NCBI GenBank assembly: GCA_039794845.1
Contig: JAUQVK010000101.1
Location: 33,225 to 97,224, forward strand
Direction of reading: 5' to 3'
DNA from: Thermostichus sp. DRC_bins_24
GTDB taxonomy: Bacteria; Cyanobacteriota; Cyanobacteriia; Thermostichales; Thermostichaceae
Length of the DNA: 64,000 nucleotides
A program made the position numbers and the translations under genes. Positions 53,597 to 62,963 of the stretch are shown in pieces (within the stretch, counting starts at the first letter, position 1; each line of letters opens with the position of its first letter). The notes beneath the pieces were generated by a model that was not told where the DNA came from, did no database searches, and saw only the letters and a list, made by a program, of their open reading frames with translations.

Positions 53597-55156
53597 CTAG
53601 CCGATGGCCACCGGATCCGACAGGGAAGGCGGTTCTGGGGTGGGGAGGCTCTGGCGTCGCCGGGCCCCAAAGTGCTCGATCAGCAGCTCCACCAAGACGG
53701 GTTTCAGGTCTTCGCAAGGGATCCCTTTGCGCACACACTCACCCAACTTGGCGTCTTTGCCCACTTCCCCCCCCATGTAGATATCCACGGCCTCCACGGG
53801 TTTGCCGTCTTTACGAGCAGTGGTGCCCATCAGGCCAATATCTGCCACCTGCGGTTGACCACAGGAGTTGGGGCAGCCCGTCCAGTGGATGCGCACCGTC
53901 TGGGGCAGATCCAGCTCCTGCTCCAAACTTTCCATCAGGGCCACCGCCTGATTTTTGGTCTCGATCAGGGCAAAGTTACAAAACTGATTGCCGGTGCAGG
54001 ACACCAACCCCCGCTGCAACGGCCCTGGGTTGGGGGAAAACTTTTTCAAGAGGGGCTCTTTGAGCAGGGGGGCCACCCGCGAATCCGGCACATTGGGGAT
54101 CAGCAGATTCTGCTCTACCGTCAAGCGCAGCTCTCCAGATCCGTATACCTCCGCCATGCGGGCCAGCTCCATCATCTCCAGGGCGTTAAGCCGCCCCACC
54201 GGAACATGCAGGCCGACAAAGTTCAACCCCGGCTGCTTCTGGGCATGTACCCCGATCAAATCCCGCTTGTGCCAAAGCACTTCATCCTTTTCGGCGGCGG
54301 TGGGCAAGGCATGGCCGATCTGACGTTCCAAGGTGGCCCGGAACTTAGGGATCCCCCACTCATCCACCAACCACATCAGCCGGGATTTTTGCCGATTGGC
54401 CCGCAGGCCGTGATCCCGATAGACCAACAACACCGCCTCACAGATGGCCACCACATCTCGCGGATCCGCCCAGACATCCAAGGGGATGGCCTCCGCACAG
54501 CGACGGGCCGAGAAAAAGCCCCCCACCAGCACGTTGAAGCCCAGTTTGCCGTTTTTGAAGGCGGGCACAAAGGCCAAGTCGTTGATCTCGGCATGCACGG
54601 AGTTATCTCGACAGCCGGCGATGGCGATGTTGAACTTGCGGGGGAGATTACTAAAAGATTCATTCCCCTCGCCGTTGTTGGTGATCATGTCCTGCACCTT
54701 GCGGGTGAGGCCACGCACATCGATCAGCTCATCCGGGTCAATGCCCGCCAAGGGGGATCCCGTGATATTGCGCACGTTATCCATGCCGGATTGCACACTG
54801 GTGAGGCCGACATCCTTCAAATAGCCCAGGATCTGGGGCATTTCTTCAATGGGGATACCCCGCAGTTGGATATTTTGCCGGGTGGTGATGTCCGCCACGC
54901 CATCTTTCCCGTAGGGATGGATGATCGCCCCCAGCATGCGCATCTGACCGCTGGTGAGAATGCCATTGGGAATGCGCAGCCGCAGCATGAACTGGCCCGG
55001 GGTGCGCTTGCGCCAAAAGATCCCCAACCACTTGAGGCGATGATCCCGGTCGTCTTCAGGAATGTTTTCCCAACCCAACCGGGCAAATTCCTCCAGCTCG
55101 GCCTTAACCGCCAGCCCATCTTTCTCGCTTTTAATGCGTTCAAATTGGTTCGCCAT
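53597..55156 (-). CDS. nirA: ferredoxin-nitrite reductase
   Basis: TTRQN.Q.R, GMDNVRN, CTG.QFC, TGCPNSC; ATG 55156 preferred because it lies downstream of the NtcA promoter. Confidence 0.95.
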   Translation of the reverse strand: MANQFERIKSEKDGLAVKAELEEFARLGWENIPEDDRDHRLKWLGIFWRKRTPGQFMLRLRIPNGILTSGQMRMLGAIIHPYGKDGVADITTRQNIQLRGIPIEEMPQILGYLKDVGLTSVQSGMDNVRNITGSPLAGIDPDELIDVRGLTRKVQDMITNNGEGNESFSNLPRKFNIAIAGCRDNSVHAEINDLAFVPAFKNGKLGFNVLVGGFFSARRCAEAIPLDVWADPRDVVAICEAVLLVYRDHGLRANRQKSRLMWLVDEWGIPKFRATLERQIGHALPTAAEKDEVLWHKRDLIGVHAQKQPGLNFVGLHVPVGRLNALEMMELARMAEVYGSGELRLTVEQNLLIPNVPDSRVAPLLKEPLLKKFSPNPGPLQRGLVSCTGNQFCNFALIETKNQAVALMESLEQELDLPQTVRIHWTGCPNSCGQPQVADIGLMGTTARKDGKPVEAVDIYMGGEVGKDAKLGECVRKGIPCEDLKPVLVELLIEHFGARRRQSLPTPEPPSLSDPVAIG

Positions 55157-55184
55157 TGTCGCCGCCGTGGGGTTAATGTACGCC

Positions 55185-55227
55185 ACCTTAGCGATTGTCA
55201 ATCTTCAACTTTGGTATTCAACGTTAC
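55185..55227 (-). promoter_or_regulatory. NtcA-activated promoter of the nir operon
   Basis: GTA-ACGTTGAA-TAC (55227-55214), then 23 nt, then TAAGGT -10 element. Confidence 0.88.
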
Positions 55228-55242
55228 GGTTTGTCACAAGTT

Positions 55243-55257
55243 ATGCGTTTTTGTCAT
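55243..55257 (-). promoter_or_regulatory. NtcB (LysR) binding site
   Basis: ATGA-N7-GCAT centred about 70 bp upstream of the predicted TSS, close to the ATGC-N7-GCAT consensus. Confidence 0.7.
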
Positions 55258-55344
55258 GCAAGACTTGCGCTTTGTGCATTTCTCTGCTCTGGTCTCAGCG
55301 AACCACACTTCAAAGCGAAGGGATCCCTTGAGCAGTTCAGCCCT

Positions 55345-56448
55345 TTATTGAAGCAGGCGGGGTGGAACACCCAGCCTTCCGGCGGGCGTTAAATCTTGAA
55401 GGGGAGGAATCGGGTCACAATCGTAGAGGGTTGTCCTGTAGCGGTAAGTCCGCGGGGCTCCGCCATTGAAGCGAATGTCGCTAATTTCAAAGTCGTAGTC
55501 TCGGTTGGGCTGCACAAAGCCGACGGAATAGGTGAGGGTGTCCAAACCAAAGGCGGGATCCCCAACTCGAATGTTGCTCACCGGAACGGGATCCCCGGTT
55601 TGGGCGTCCGTGATCCGCACCTGTGCCTGGCTGAGATCGGATGCCCCCCCACGGCTGGGCACGGAAAAAGACCAGCGGTACGCATTCAGGGGTTGATTGG
55701 AAAACCCCTTTAGGCGGTAGAGGTAGCCATCTTTTTCGGGAAAGGCGATGAACTCCGGATCCGGAACGCTCTCATCGAAGCCGAAGATCCAGTTGGCATT
55801 GGCCTGGGTTACTCGTCCGGCGCGGGGATCGTAAACAATGGCATAGGCTCCTTGGCGGTACTGGGGGTAAAGATTCCAGCGACGGTGCCCCACATCGACG
55901 ACATTTTCTACCCCGGGCTCCGCAAAATAGATATCCACCTGTCGGGCCAAAATGCGCCCTGGATCAGGGCCATTCAGCTCCAAAATCGGGCCAATTGCCA
56001 GATTGCTAAATCGGGATCCCTCTTCTCCGGCCGGGGTAAAACACCGCCAAGAGGGGGGTGGCGTATGGCTGAGGGTTCCGTTGGCCACCTGCATCAGGGC
56101 AGCTTCTTGAGCCGCCTGCAAAAACTCAGCATTCAGATCCACCGGGGGCAACAGATGCAGAAGCCGCAGAAAGTTTAGGCGATCCATCATCTTCTGGGCT
56201 GCGGCTGCTGTCAGGCGACCCGGATTACAGGTGGCCGCATCTGGGGGCACGGCGTAGATTGGCCCAGAAAAGGTGCGGGTCTCCCGATCCAATTGACACA
56301 GCAGGCTGGCAATCGGCGCTTCCCCGGCAGGGGGTGGCCCCAATGAAAAGGGGGATCCCTCGCCCCCCCCACAGGCAACCAGTAGGCAAAGGCAGAGGAT
56401 CCCCAGGAACAAGTGCTTCCCAAGTCTGGGCAGCCGGTGCAAAACCAT
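55345..56448 (-). CDS. CAP (SCP)-domain lipoprotein
   Basis: Lipobox LVAC; N..R..H.L.PV, AQ..A..., LSH.PP..W.C, SNL, GHRRW.L. Confidence 0.8.
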   Translation of the reverse strand: MVLHRLPRLGKHLFLGILCLCLLVACGGGEGSPFSLGPPPAGEAPIASLLCQLDRETRTFSGPIYAVPPDAATCNPGRLTAAAAQKMMDRLNFLRLLHLLPPVDLNAEFLQAAQEAALMQVANGTLSHTPPPSWRCFTPAGEEGSRFSNLAIGPILELNGPDPGRILARQVDIYFAEPGVENVVDVGHRRWNLYPQYRQGAYAIVYDPRAGRVTQANANWIFGFDESVPDPEFIAFPEKDGYLYRLKGFSNQPLNAYRWSFSVPSRGGASDLSQAQVRITDAQTGDPVPVSNIRVGDPAFGLDTLTYSVGFVQPNRDYDFEISDIRFNGGAPRTYRYRTTLYDCDPIPPLQDLTPAGRLGVPPRLLQ

Positions 56449-56465
56449 GCAAAAACCAGATGGAA

Positions 56466-56615
56466 CTATTCGCTAGCAGGGGTGGGGGTGATGCTTGGGG
56501 GGCTAACCGTGCTAGAACCACCACCCTCATCACAGGCGGGCAAAAGCCCCAGAAAAACGAACAAGGCGAGGGCAGCCAGTAGCTGGCGAGTCACCCTAGG
56601 TTGCAATGAAGCCAT
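56466..56615 (-). CDS. very short lipoprotein or truncated lipoprotein remnant
   Basis: Signal peptide plus LPA-C, then only DEGGGSSTVSPPSITPTPASE before the stop. Confidence 0.45.
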   Translation of the reverse strand: MASLQPRVTRQLLAALALFVFLGLLPACDEGGGSSTVSPPSITPTPASE

Positions 56616-56857
56616 CACAACAAACCTCCTAAACTCTGCCGGGTTTGCCCTTGTTCTATCATTCAGCCAGACGGGTTGCAGGAGGGTAGCCAGGGCCAGC
56701 AAGAGCCTAAGTCAAGAGATGCTCATCAAACCCAGGCAGCTCTACTAGACCTAGAACGTGACCTCAGAGCTACCCCTACCGATAGCGCCCTGACGGATTC
56801 CTGCAACTCTCCTTACGCTTGAGCGAAAGATTACCTCCTTCAAGTCACCTTGTTCAT

Positions 56858-57883
56858 CTAAGAACCGCTGTAGGATGCCTCGGTGAGCGAGGATCCCTGA
56901 TAAACACGGGTAGGGGGCGGAAAACCGTAGGCGGTGCCATCCTTGTGAATTACCTGATCTTCCCAGGGCAGGCGATAGACCCCCTTCACCAAATCCTGCA
57001 TGTAGGTGTAGGGGCAATCTTGGGCTCCCCCTTTTACGGCCACATAGCCCCGATGCCCAAATTGATAGATGTTGTTCTCCACCCCCCAATGAATGCGAGC
57101 TTCCCGCACCAAATCTGGGCGCACTTCGGCGGTAATAATCTCATCCGGGCGATGGGATCCCATCACTAGGGGGGTGCCATCGAAATTGCAGATCATCCCC
57201 TCCCCCATCGAGTCAAAAGTACCATCGGATCCGCACATACACACCGAAGCCGTGACCATCAAATTGCAAAAGGCATTGGCCTGATTGGTGATCTGCCAGC
57301 TATGGCGAATCGGGGCGGTATATCCAGCTGTGCGCAACATGATCTCGGCCCCTTTGTAGGCACATTCGCGGGCCATTTCCGGGAACATGCCATCATGACA
57401 AATGATCAGGGCTATTTTTGAGCCATTGGGGCCATCACAGACCGGGATCCCTAAATTTCCCGGTTCCCAAGGTTCCACCGGGATCCAGGGATGCAACTTG
57501 CGATAGTACAGTTGCAAGTTCCCTTGGTTGTCGAGAATGATGCCGCTGTTGTAGGGGTTGCCGTGGGGATTGTACTCCATGATCGAGAAGCAGCCCCAGA
57601 TATTGTGCTCTCGACAGGCAGCACTGAAAGCCGCCACCTCCGGCCCATCCAAGCGGCACATAATCTCTGGGTTGGTATCCATGGACAGGCCGTGCAAAGC
57701 ATACTCTGGAAAGACCACCAAATCCATGCTGGGCATACTGCGGCGAGCCTTGCCCACCATGCTGACCACCTTTTGGGTTTGCGCCGCCAAATCCTCTGGG
57801 GTGACGACATTGGGCAGTTGCAATTGCACCAAGCCCAACACCACGCCATTGGGGGTTTTGTTGAGGCCGCCAAGTCCGCTCAT
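56858..57883 (-). CDS. amiF: formamidase (nitrilase superfamily)
   Basis: MSGLGGLNK, VFPEY.LHG, YRKLHPW.PVEPW.PG, ICHDGMFPE. Confidence 0.92.
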   Translation of the reverse strand: MSGLGGLNKTPNGVVLGLVQLQLPNVVTPEDLAAQTQKVVSMVGKARRSMPSMDLVVFPEYALHGLSMDTNPEIMCRLDGPEVAAFSAACREHNIWGCFSIMEYNPHGNPYNSGIILDNQGNLQLYYRKLHPWIPVEPWEPGNLGIPVCDGPNGSKIALIICHDGMFPEMARECAYKGAEIMLRTAGYTAPIRHSWQITNQANAFCNLMVTASVCMCGSDGTFDSMGEGMICNFDGTPLVMGSHRPDEIITAEVRPDLVREARIHWGVENNIYQFGHRGYVAVKGGAQDCPYTYMQDLVKGVYRLPWEDQVIHKDGTAYGFPPPTRVYQGSSLTEASYSGS

Positions 57884-57919
57884 GTTCAGAATCCTTTGTC
57901 AAATGAATGGTGAAATGGG

Positions 57920-58561
57920 TTAGAGAGTGGCTCGAATGGATTTAAGCACTTGCAAAAGCCGATGGATGGATTTGCGATCTAGCAACCATAGCTTGGGCAA
58001 GTAATGATAGGTGGGGGGAGAGCCTCGCTGCAAGAAAAAGAATTGATAATCTTCACCATTGGTAGCCAATCCCCAAACATGATCTTGAGATTCAATTCCT
58101 CTGTAGGCATAGGTTAACAGCTGTGCTGTTGCCAGCCTAGTCGACCCAATACCTGCTTTGGTCTCAATCACAAGGATCCAGAAGGATTTTTTTTGCTCCC
58201 GCTGTAGGACTAACAAATCCATTCGTCCTGTGATCAGGAGATTCTCATCGTCTTGACGAATGTTGATCTCTTCGATATTTTCTTCTAGATCAATATAAAT
58301 CTCTTCAGAGAAAAATCCTGCCAGTTTTAACAGTGGAGAAACAAACAGAAATTTGACTTGCCCTTCATTCAAGGTACCCTCTGCCAGATAGCTGAAATAC
58401 AGATCCTGCAGTTGGGTAAGCTCGGCAATTTCCTGTTCAGTCAGAGAGGGTAAGTCCAGTTTCTCCTCGAACTCTAAAGAGTCTCCCCGGCGTAAACCCA
58501 AGAGCTCGTGGACTTCTCTCAGAGTCAGGGTATTGGCAGGCCGGGTTTGCACAGCGGTCAT
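57920..58561 (-). CDS. HsdR N-terminal-like PD-(D/E)XK protein
   Basis: E..VK...VSPLL.LAGF, G..D.LV, VIE.K, AQLL.Y, GL.TNG. Confidence 0.72.
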   Translation of the reverse strand: MTAVQTRPANTLTLREVHELLGLRRGDSLEFEEKLDLPSLTEQEIAELTQLQDLYFSYLAEGTLNEGQVKFLFVSPLLKLAGFFSEEIYIDLEENIEEINIRQDDENLLITGRMDLLVLQREQKKSFWILVIETKAGIGSTRLATAQLLTYAYRGIESQDHVWGLATNGEDYQFFFLQRGSPPTYHYLPKLWLLDRKSIHRLLQVLKSIRATL

Positions 58562-58618
58562 AACAAGGGGATCCCTTGATCGGGTTACTTCGACTATAGC
58601 CAGTTAACCAGCTCGGGG

Positions 58619-59566
58619 TTACTTCCCTGTCCCCAAGGCTCCGGGCATACCCGCCAAGGTGCGCCGAGGAGAACTGGTGAGGATCATGATCCCCAAGGTT
58701 AAGACATAGGGAGCGGCATTCCAGAGGTAGTAGTTGGATTGCACCCCCACCGACTGCAGGGCTGGCCCAATTGCTTGGGCCCCCCCGAACAAGAAAGCCG
58801 CCAACAAACACTGCAACGGGTTCCATTTGGCGAAGATCACCAACGCCACCGCCATCAAGCCTTGTCCGCTGGAGATGCGCTCAGTCCAACTGCCGGGGAA
58901 ATAGAGAGATAGGCAAGCCCCGCCCACGGCTGCCAATAGGCTGCCCACCATGATGCAGAGGGTGCGCACCTTCGGTACCGAGATGGCCATCGCTCTTGCT
59001 GCTTCAGGGTTATCCCCTACCGCCCGCACAAACAAACCCCAACGGGTAGCTCGGAAAAACCAGTGCATCCCGAAAGCCAGAAGGGTCCCCAAGAGTAAGA
59101 GGGGATTCAGCTTCAAAGCAGCCCGAACGGCAGCATGGCTACTCCATCCCCCCAGTTCAAAAGCAGGCAACTGGGGAGCGACCGGCTGGATAAAGGGCTT
59201 GCCCAGATAAAAGGCCAGGCCACTGCCGAAGATGATCATGGCAATGCCCACCGCCACATCATTCACCCGCGGCTGCTGGGCCAGAAAGGCATGGATCCCC
59301 CCCAAAGCCAACCCGGCGAACCCCGCCACCAACACCCCCAACCACGGAGCCATCAGCGTACCGGCAGTGTTTTGGGTGAGGAAGGAAATGGCATAGGCGC
59401 TCATCGCCCCCATCAACAGGGATCCCTCGAGGCCGAGGTTGATTTTGCCGCTTTTTTCCGTCAGGCATTCCCCCAAACTGACGAATAGAAAGGGCGCACT
59501 CCCCCGCAGGGTTCCTGCCACCACCGCCAAGGGTACCCCCCACCATCCCAGTGCATCTGTTGTCAT
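58619..59566 (-). CDS. BMP-type ABC transporter permease
   Basis: GE...EKSG.INLGLEG, GQGLMAVALV, PYV.TL. Confidence 0.9.
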   Translation of the reverse strand: MTTDALGWWGVPLAVVAGTLRGSAPFLFVSLGECLTEKSGKINLGLEGSLLMGAMSAYAISFLTQNTAGTLMAPWLGVLVAGFAGLALGGIHAFLAQQPRVNDVAVGIAMIIFGSGLAFYLGKPFIQPVAPQLPAFELGGWSSHAAVRAALKLNPLLLLGTLLAFGMHWFFRATRWGLFVRAVGDNPEAARAMAISVPKVRTLCIMVGSLLAAVGGACLSLYFPGSWTERISSGQGLMAVALVIFAKWNPLQCLLAAFLFGGAQAIGPALQSVGVQSNYYLWNAAPYVLTLGIMILTSSPRRTLAGMPGALGTGK

Positions 59567-59602
59567 GTCCGGTTTTCTCCTTATTTGTGATTGAGCTGAA
59601 CT

Positions 59603-59953
59603 TTACAAAGGCAAATACAGGACGATTCCCTCCCATTCCGATTGCTCAGTACAATTCACCAACAACACCATTTCATCAATTACCTGTTGAACTGAGGCCC
59701 GATTATGCACGATAAACAACCCTGGCATCAGTTGGCCCTGAAGCAAACGCTCGTAAGCAAAACTGGGCATCGTTGCACGATCATGAGTTAATAAAATTCG
59801 ATCATTCCTTGCAGCCCAATCCAAAATCAACGGATCTTCAACCTGTCTCAATCCCACATCCTGAACTCGCACCAGATCGAGCTGAGGTTCCAGCAGGAGC
59901 AAACCACGGACGATATCGCCATTAAAGTTTTCATCACTGAGCAATCTCAACAC
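59603..59953 (-). CDS. DUF5615 PIN-like toxin (VapC45-like)
   Basis: L..DEN, D..IL.WA....RILLTHD. Confidence 0.85.
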   Translation of the reverse strand: MLRLLSDENFNGDIVRGLLLLEPQLDLVRVQDVGLRQVEDPLILDWAARNDRILLTHDRATMPSFAYERLLQGQLMPGLFIVHNRASVQQVIDEMVLLVNCTEQSEWEGIVLYLPL

Positions 59954-59962
59954 AAATGGATT

Positions 59963-60066
59963 TACAGCTTTTTCCAGCGTTATCTGCTATGGCTAGGTCG
60001 GATCAATTCTTTGCCCAACAGAGGTTTGGCTAAACCTTAGTCTACATAAAGTCGGAAAAGGCTGTA
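59963..60066. mobile_element. putative MITE (104 bp) between antitoxin and toxin
   Basis: TACAGCTTTTTCC ... GGAAAAGGCTGTA, a 12/13 inverted repeat with TA at both ends. Confidence 0.6.
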
Positions 60067-60070
60067 TGGC

Positions 60071-60391
60071 TTAGCAAGCCAGCATCCGTTCACGAATCCA
60101 ACGAAGATCGGGTTGTGTACTGTTAATCTTTTGTCGGACTGAGGCAGCCATCGATTCCCTCTCTTGAAGGTAACTCTCTACAGCATCTGGATGTCGCAGA
60201 TAATAAGCAATTGCTCCATAGACCTCAGAAAGAGACAGAGTTGGGTAACTCTGGAGAATTGCTTCTGGAGAAGCTCCATCTTGAAAGGCATGAACAACCA
60301 GCTCCAACAAAACTCTGGATTGACCCACTCGAATTGCACCAGAGCTTTCTTTGTTCAGCAGAGGCATTTCCTGTTCGAAAACTAGACTCAT
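60071..60391 (-). CDS. DUF433 antitoxin
   Basis: G.IRV..SRV.L..VV.AF..G.SPE.I...YP.L.L..VY.AI.YY. Confidence 0.87.
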   Translation of the reverse strand: MSLVFEQEMPLLNKESSGAIRVGQSRVLLELVVHAFQDGASPEAILQSYPTLSLSEVYGAIAYYLRHPDAVESYLQERESMAASVRQKINSTQPDLRWIRERMLAC

Positions 60392-60462
60392 GACATACTT
60401 CCCCATCCATTGCTTCTGATCCTAGCGGCACTAAAGAATCTTTCTCCCAAAACCCAGTTTCC

Positions 60463-61557
60463 CTAAGCCGGATCCGAGGATTCCCGATCCCGGAAAAAGT
60501 CGAAGCGTCCGTACAGCGATTCACTGTAGAGGATCAACAAAAAGACGATGCCCTGAAACACCAACACACTGGCATCCGGCAAACCGTGGGCTCGCTGCAA
60601 AATGCTGCCACTGGCCAGGATTCCCCCCAGCAGGATCGCCATCACCACCGCGGCGGCGGGGTTTTGCCGAGCGATAAAGGCCACCAAAATGCCGCTATAG
60701 CCGTAGCCAACGCTCAAGGACTCATTGGCCCGCCCATGCACGGCAGCCACTTCCACCATGCCCGCCAACCCGGCGCAGGATCCGGCCAAGAAGGTGATCA
60801 GCAAAGTCAATCTGCCCACAGCAATCCCCACCATGCGGGCCACCTTGGGGTTCCCCCCTATCGTCCGCACCGAAAAGCCCAGGGTCGTGTGCTGAATCAG
60901 CACATAGGCCAGCAGGCAGGCGAGGATGCCATAGACCAAGCCAAAGTGGATGCGCGTGCCAAACAGACGACCCAACATATTCGCTTCATCAATGGCAAAG
61001 CTGGAGGGCTTGCTCAAGAAACCGGGATCCCGCAACGGTCCCCCCACCAAATGGTTCATCAGGGCGATGGCGATATAGTTCATCAACAGGCTGCTGATGG
61101 TTTCGTTGACGCCCCGGTAGTGGCGCAATGCCCCCACCGCCATGATCCACAGGCCCCCCGCCACCATGCCCGCCAAGGCCATGAGAAACACCACCACCGG
61201 CGGAGCCAGGGATCCGGCCCAGAGGCCCATCCCCACCGCCGCTACACCCCCGATCACCAGTGCTCCTTCGTTGCCGATGATCACCAACCCCAAGCGGGCC
61301 GGCAGGATCGTACAAAGAGAGGTCAACATCAGGGGTGCCGCCCGTTGCAGGGTATTTTGCCAAGAAAACCCGCTGCCAAAAGCGGCCCGGTAGATGGAGC
61401 CGTACACCGCGAAGGGATTGGCCCCCGCCAGCGTGCAAAGCAAACCAAAAATAACCAGGGAAGCCAACAACGCCCCGCAGGGCAACAGAATCGGCTCCAG
61501 GCTAGACCGCCACCGTAGAGGGGCCGAACGAGGAATAGCAGAAGTGGTGGTAGCCAT
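60463..61557 (-). CDS. BMP-type ABC transporter permease
   Basis: IG.EG.L..G, VNE.ISSLL.NYI, GYGY.GILVA. Confidence 0.9.
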   Translation of the reverse strand: MATTTSAIPRSAPLRWRSSLEPILLPCGALLASLVIFGLLCTLAGANPFAVYGSIYRAAFGSGFSWQNTLQRAAPLMLTSLCTILPARLGLVIIGNEGALVIGGVAAVGMGLWAGSLAPPVVVFLMALAGMVAGGLWIMAVGALRHYRGVNETISSLLMNYIAIALMNHLVGGPLRDPGFLSKPSSFAIDEANMLGRLFGTRIHFGLVYGILACLLAYVLIQHTTLGFSVRTIGGNPKVARMVGIAVGRLTLLITFLAGSCAGLAGMVEVAAVHGRANESLSVGYGYSGILVAFIARQNPAAAVVMAILLGGILASGSILQRAHGLPDASVLVFQGIVFLLILYSESLYGRFDFFRDRESSDPA

Positions 61558-62717
61558 TAGCTGGAGGTACTCCCAATCACACCTTCCACCAAGTAATCCA
61601 TGGATTCCAACTCAATGGCCCGCTGACCGTATTCCGCTCCGGCAGGAATGACCTCTTGACCGGTGTTGTCCTTGAGGGGGCCTTTGTAGATCACCAGGGA
61701 TCCTGCCTGCAGTTGGGCTAGAGCCTCTTCCCCGGCTTTTTTGGCCTCCTCGCTGGCAGCGGATCCCCAGGGGGAGACCTTGATGAATTTCTCCTTAATG
61801 CCCCCGCGAATCAGGTGGGGGATCCCTCCGTTCATGAGGGTTTTGCCCGCTTGGATAGCTTCGGCAAATTGGGTATACACGCTCGTCCAGTCGTATTCTG
61901 CCCCCGTCAAATAGCCATTGGGAGCCAAGGCCGCTTGGCTGGTATTGTGGCCACAGCTCATCAGGCCGCGTCGTTCTGCCGTTTCGATGACAATCTTGGG
62001 GCTATCCACGTGGCAGGTGAGCACGTCAATGCCTTGATCCGCCATGCTGTTGGCCGCTTCTGCTTCTTTAACCGGCAACGCCCAGTCCCCGGTGAAGACC
62101 ACCTGGGTGCTGATGTCAGGGTTAACACTTTTGGCCCCCAACGTAAAGCTGTTGATGTTGCGCAGCACCAAGGGGATCGGTTTGGCGGCGATAAACCCGA
62201 GGCGGTTGCTCCGGGTCATGGATCCGGCCAGCACACCGTTGATGTAGTGGCCCTCATCTAGGTAACCGAAGTAGGTACCGACATTTTTCGGGTGAACCCC
62301 CTCGATGTAGAGGCCGCCCGCATGGAAAAACTGCACCTCAGGATATTCTTGCGCCACCCGCAACACGTGCGGATCGTAGTAGCCGAAGGAAGTGGGGAAG
62401 AGCACCGTCGCTCCATCCTGCTCGATCATGGCCCGCATGGATTCCTCCACCGCCACCGTCTCCGGCACGTTTTCCTCCTCGACGGTCTTCACCCAATCCA
62501 AACCCGATAGGCCCACGTTCCCCTCCGCATGGGCCTGGTTCCAGCCGAAGTCATCCTTGGGGCCAACGTAAATAAAGCCAACGATAATCTCTTTGTTTTG
62601 GGCTTGGGCACGCCACAGTTGTGAAGTCAGGGTCAAGGCAGTGGCGGCAGCAGCGGTGCGGATGATCTGCCTGCGAGTGTAAAGGTGTTGGAACGGGGAC
62701 TGGCTCATCTTGGGCAT
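61557..62717 (-). CDS. BMP-family ABC substrate-binding protein (Tat signal)
   Basis: TRRQII; GFIYVGP.DD.GWNQAH, TSFGY, N.F.LGA. Confidence 0.9.
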   Translation of the reverse strand: MPKMSQSPFQHLYTRRQIIRTAAAATALTLTSQLWRAQAQNKEIIVGFIYVGPKDDFGWNQAHAEGNVGLSGLDWVKTVEEENVPETVAVEESMRAMIEQDGATVLFPTSFGYYDPHVLRVAQEYPEVQFFHAGGLYIEGVHPKNVGTYFGYLDEGHYINGVLAGSMTRSNRLGFIAAKPIPLVLRNINSFTLGAKSVNPDISTQVVFTGDWALPVKEAEAANSMADQGIDVLTCHVDSPKIVIETAERRGLMSCGHNTSQAALAPNGYLTGAEYDWTSVYTQFAEAIQAGKTLMNGGIPHLIRGGIKEKFIKVSPWGSAASEEAKKAGEEALAQLQAGSLVIYKGPLKDNTGQEVIPAGAEYGQRAIELESMDYLVEGVIGSTSS

Positions 62718-62846
62718 CCTATGGGTGAAGGAACTTCCGACTCAAGGGCTGAAAGCAGCGGACAGCGTACAATTCTGACAGGGGAAGAATGCGGTAAACC
62801 CGGATCTGCTGCTACTGGATTTAATGACCTCCATCCATAAGTTTTC

Positions 62847-62860
62847 GTAGCCCTGGATAC
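62847..62860. promoter_or_regulatory. candidate NtcA box between the divergent BMP and amidohydrolase genes
   Basis: GTA-GCCCTGGA-TAC; TTAAAT lies 22 nt downstream on the minus strand (imperfect -10). Confidence 0.6.
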
Positions 62861-62963
62861 AATCTCCGGGATTCACGGCGCTGATGCTTCCCTTGTGTTA
62901 GCAGAACGCTGTTTTGCCAGCAAAGGTTCCTGTCCAGCCTTAGGTTTCTGACCTCTCCAAAGC

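Noticed and set aside
55157..55201. Longer nirA start at TTG 55201
   Set aside because: Lies upstream of the -10 element of the NtcA promoter, so it would not be in the transcript.
53672..55351. 559-aa plus-strand ORF
   Set aside because: Antisense shadow of nirA with no motifs; such shadows are common in GC-rich genes.
60401..60420. Weak similarity to the permease 5' end (59541-59566), as a possible third gene-end duplication
   Set aside because: Too short and gapped to distinguish from chance.
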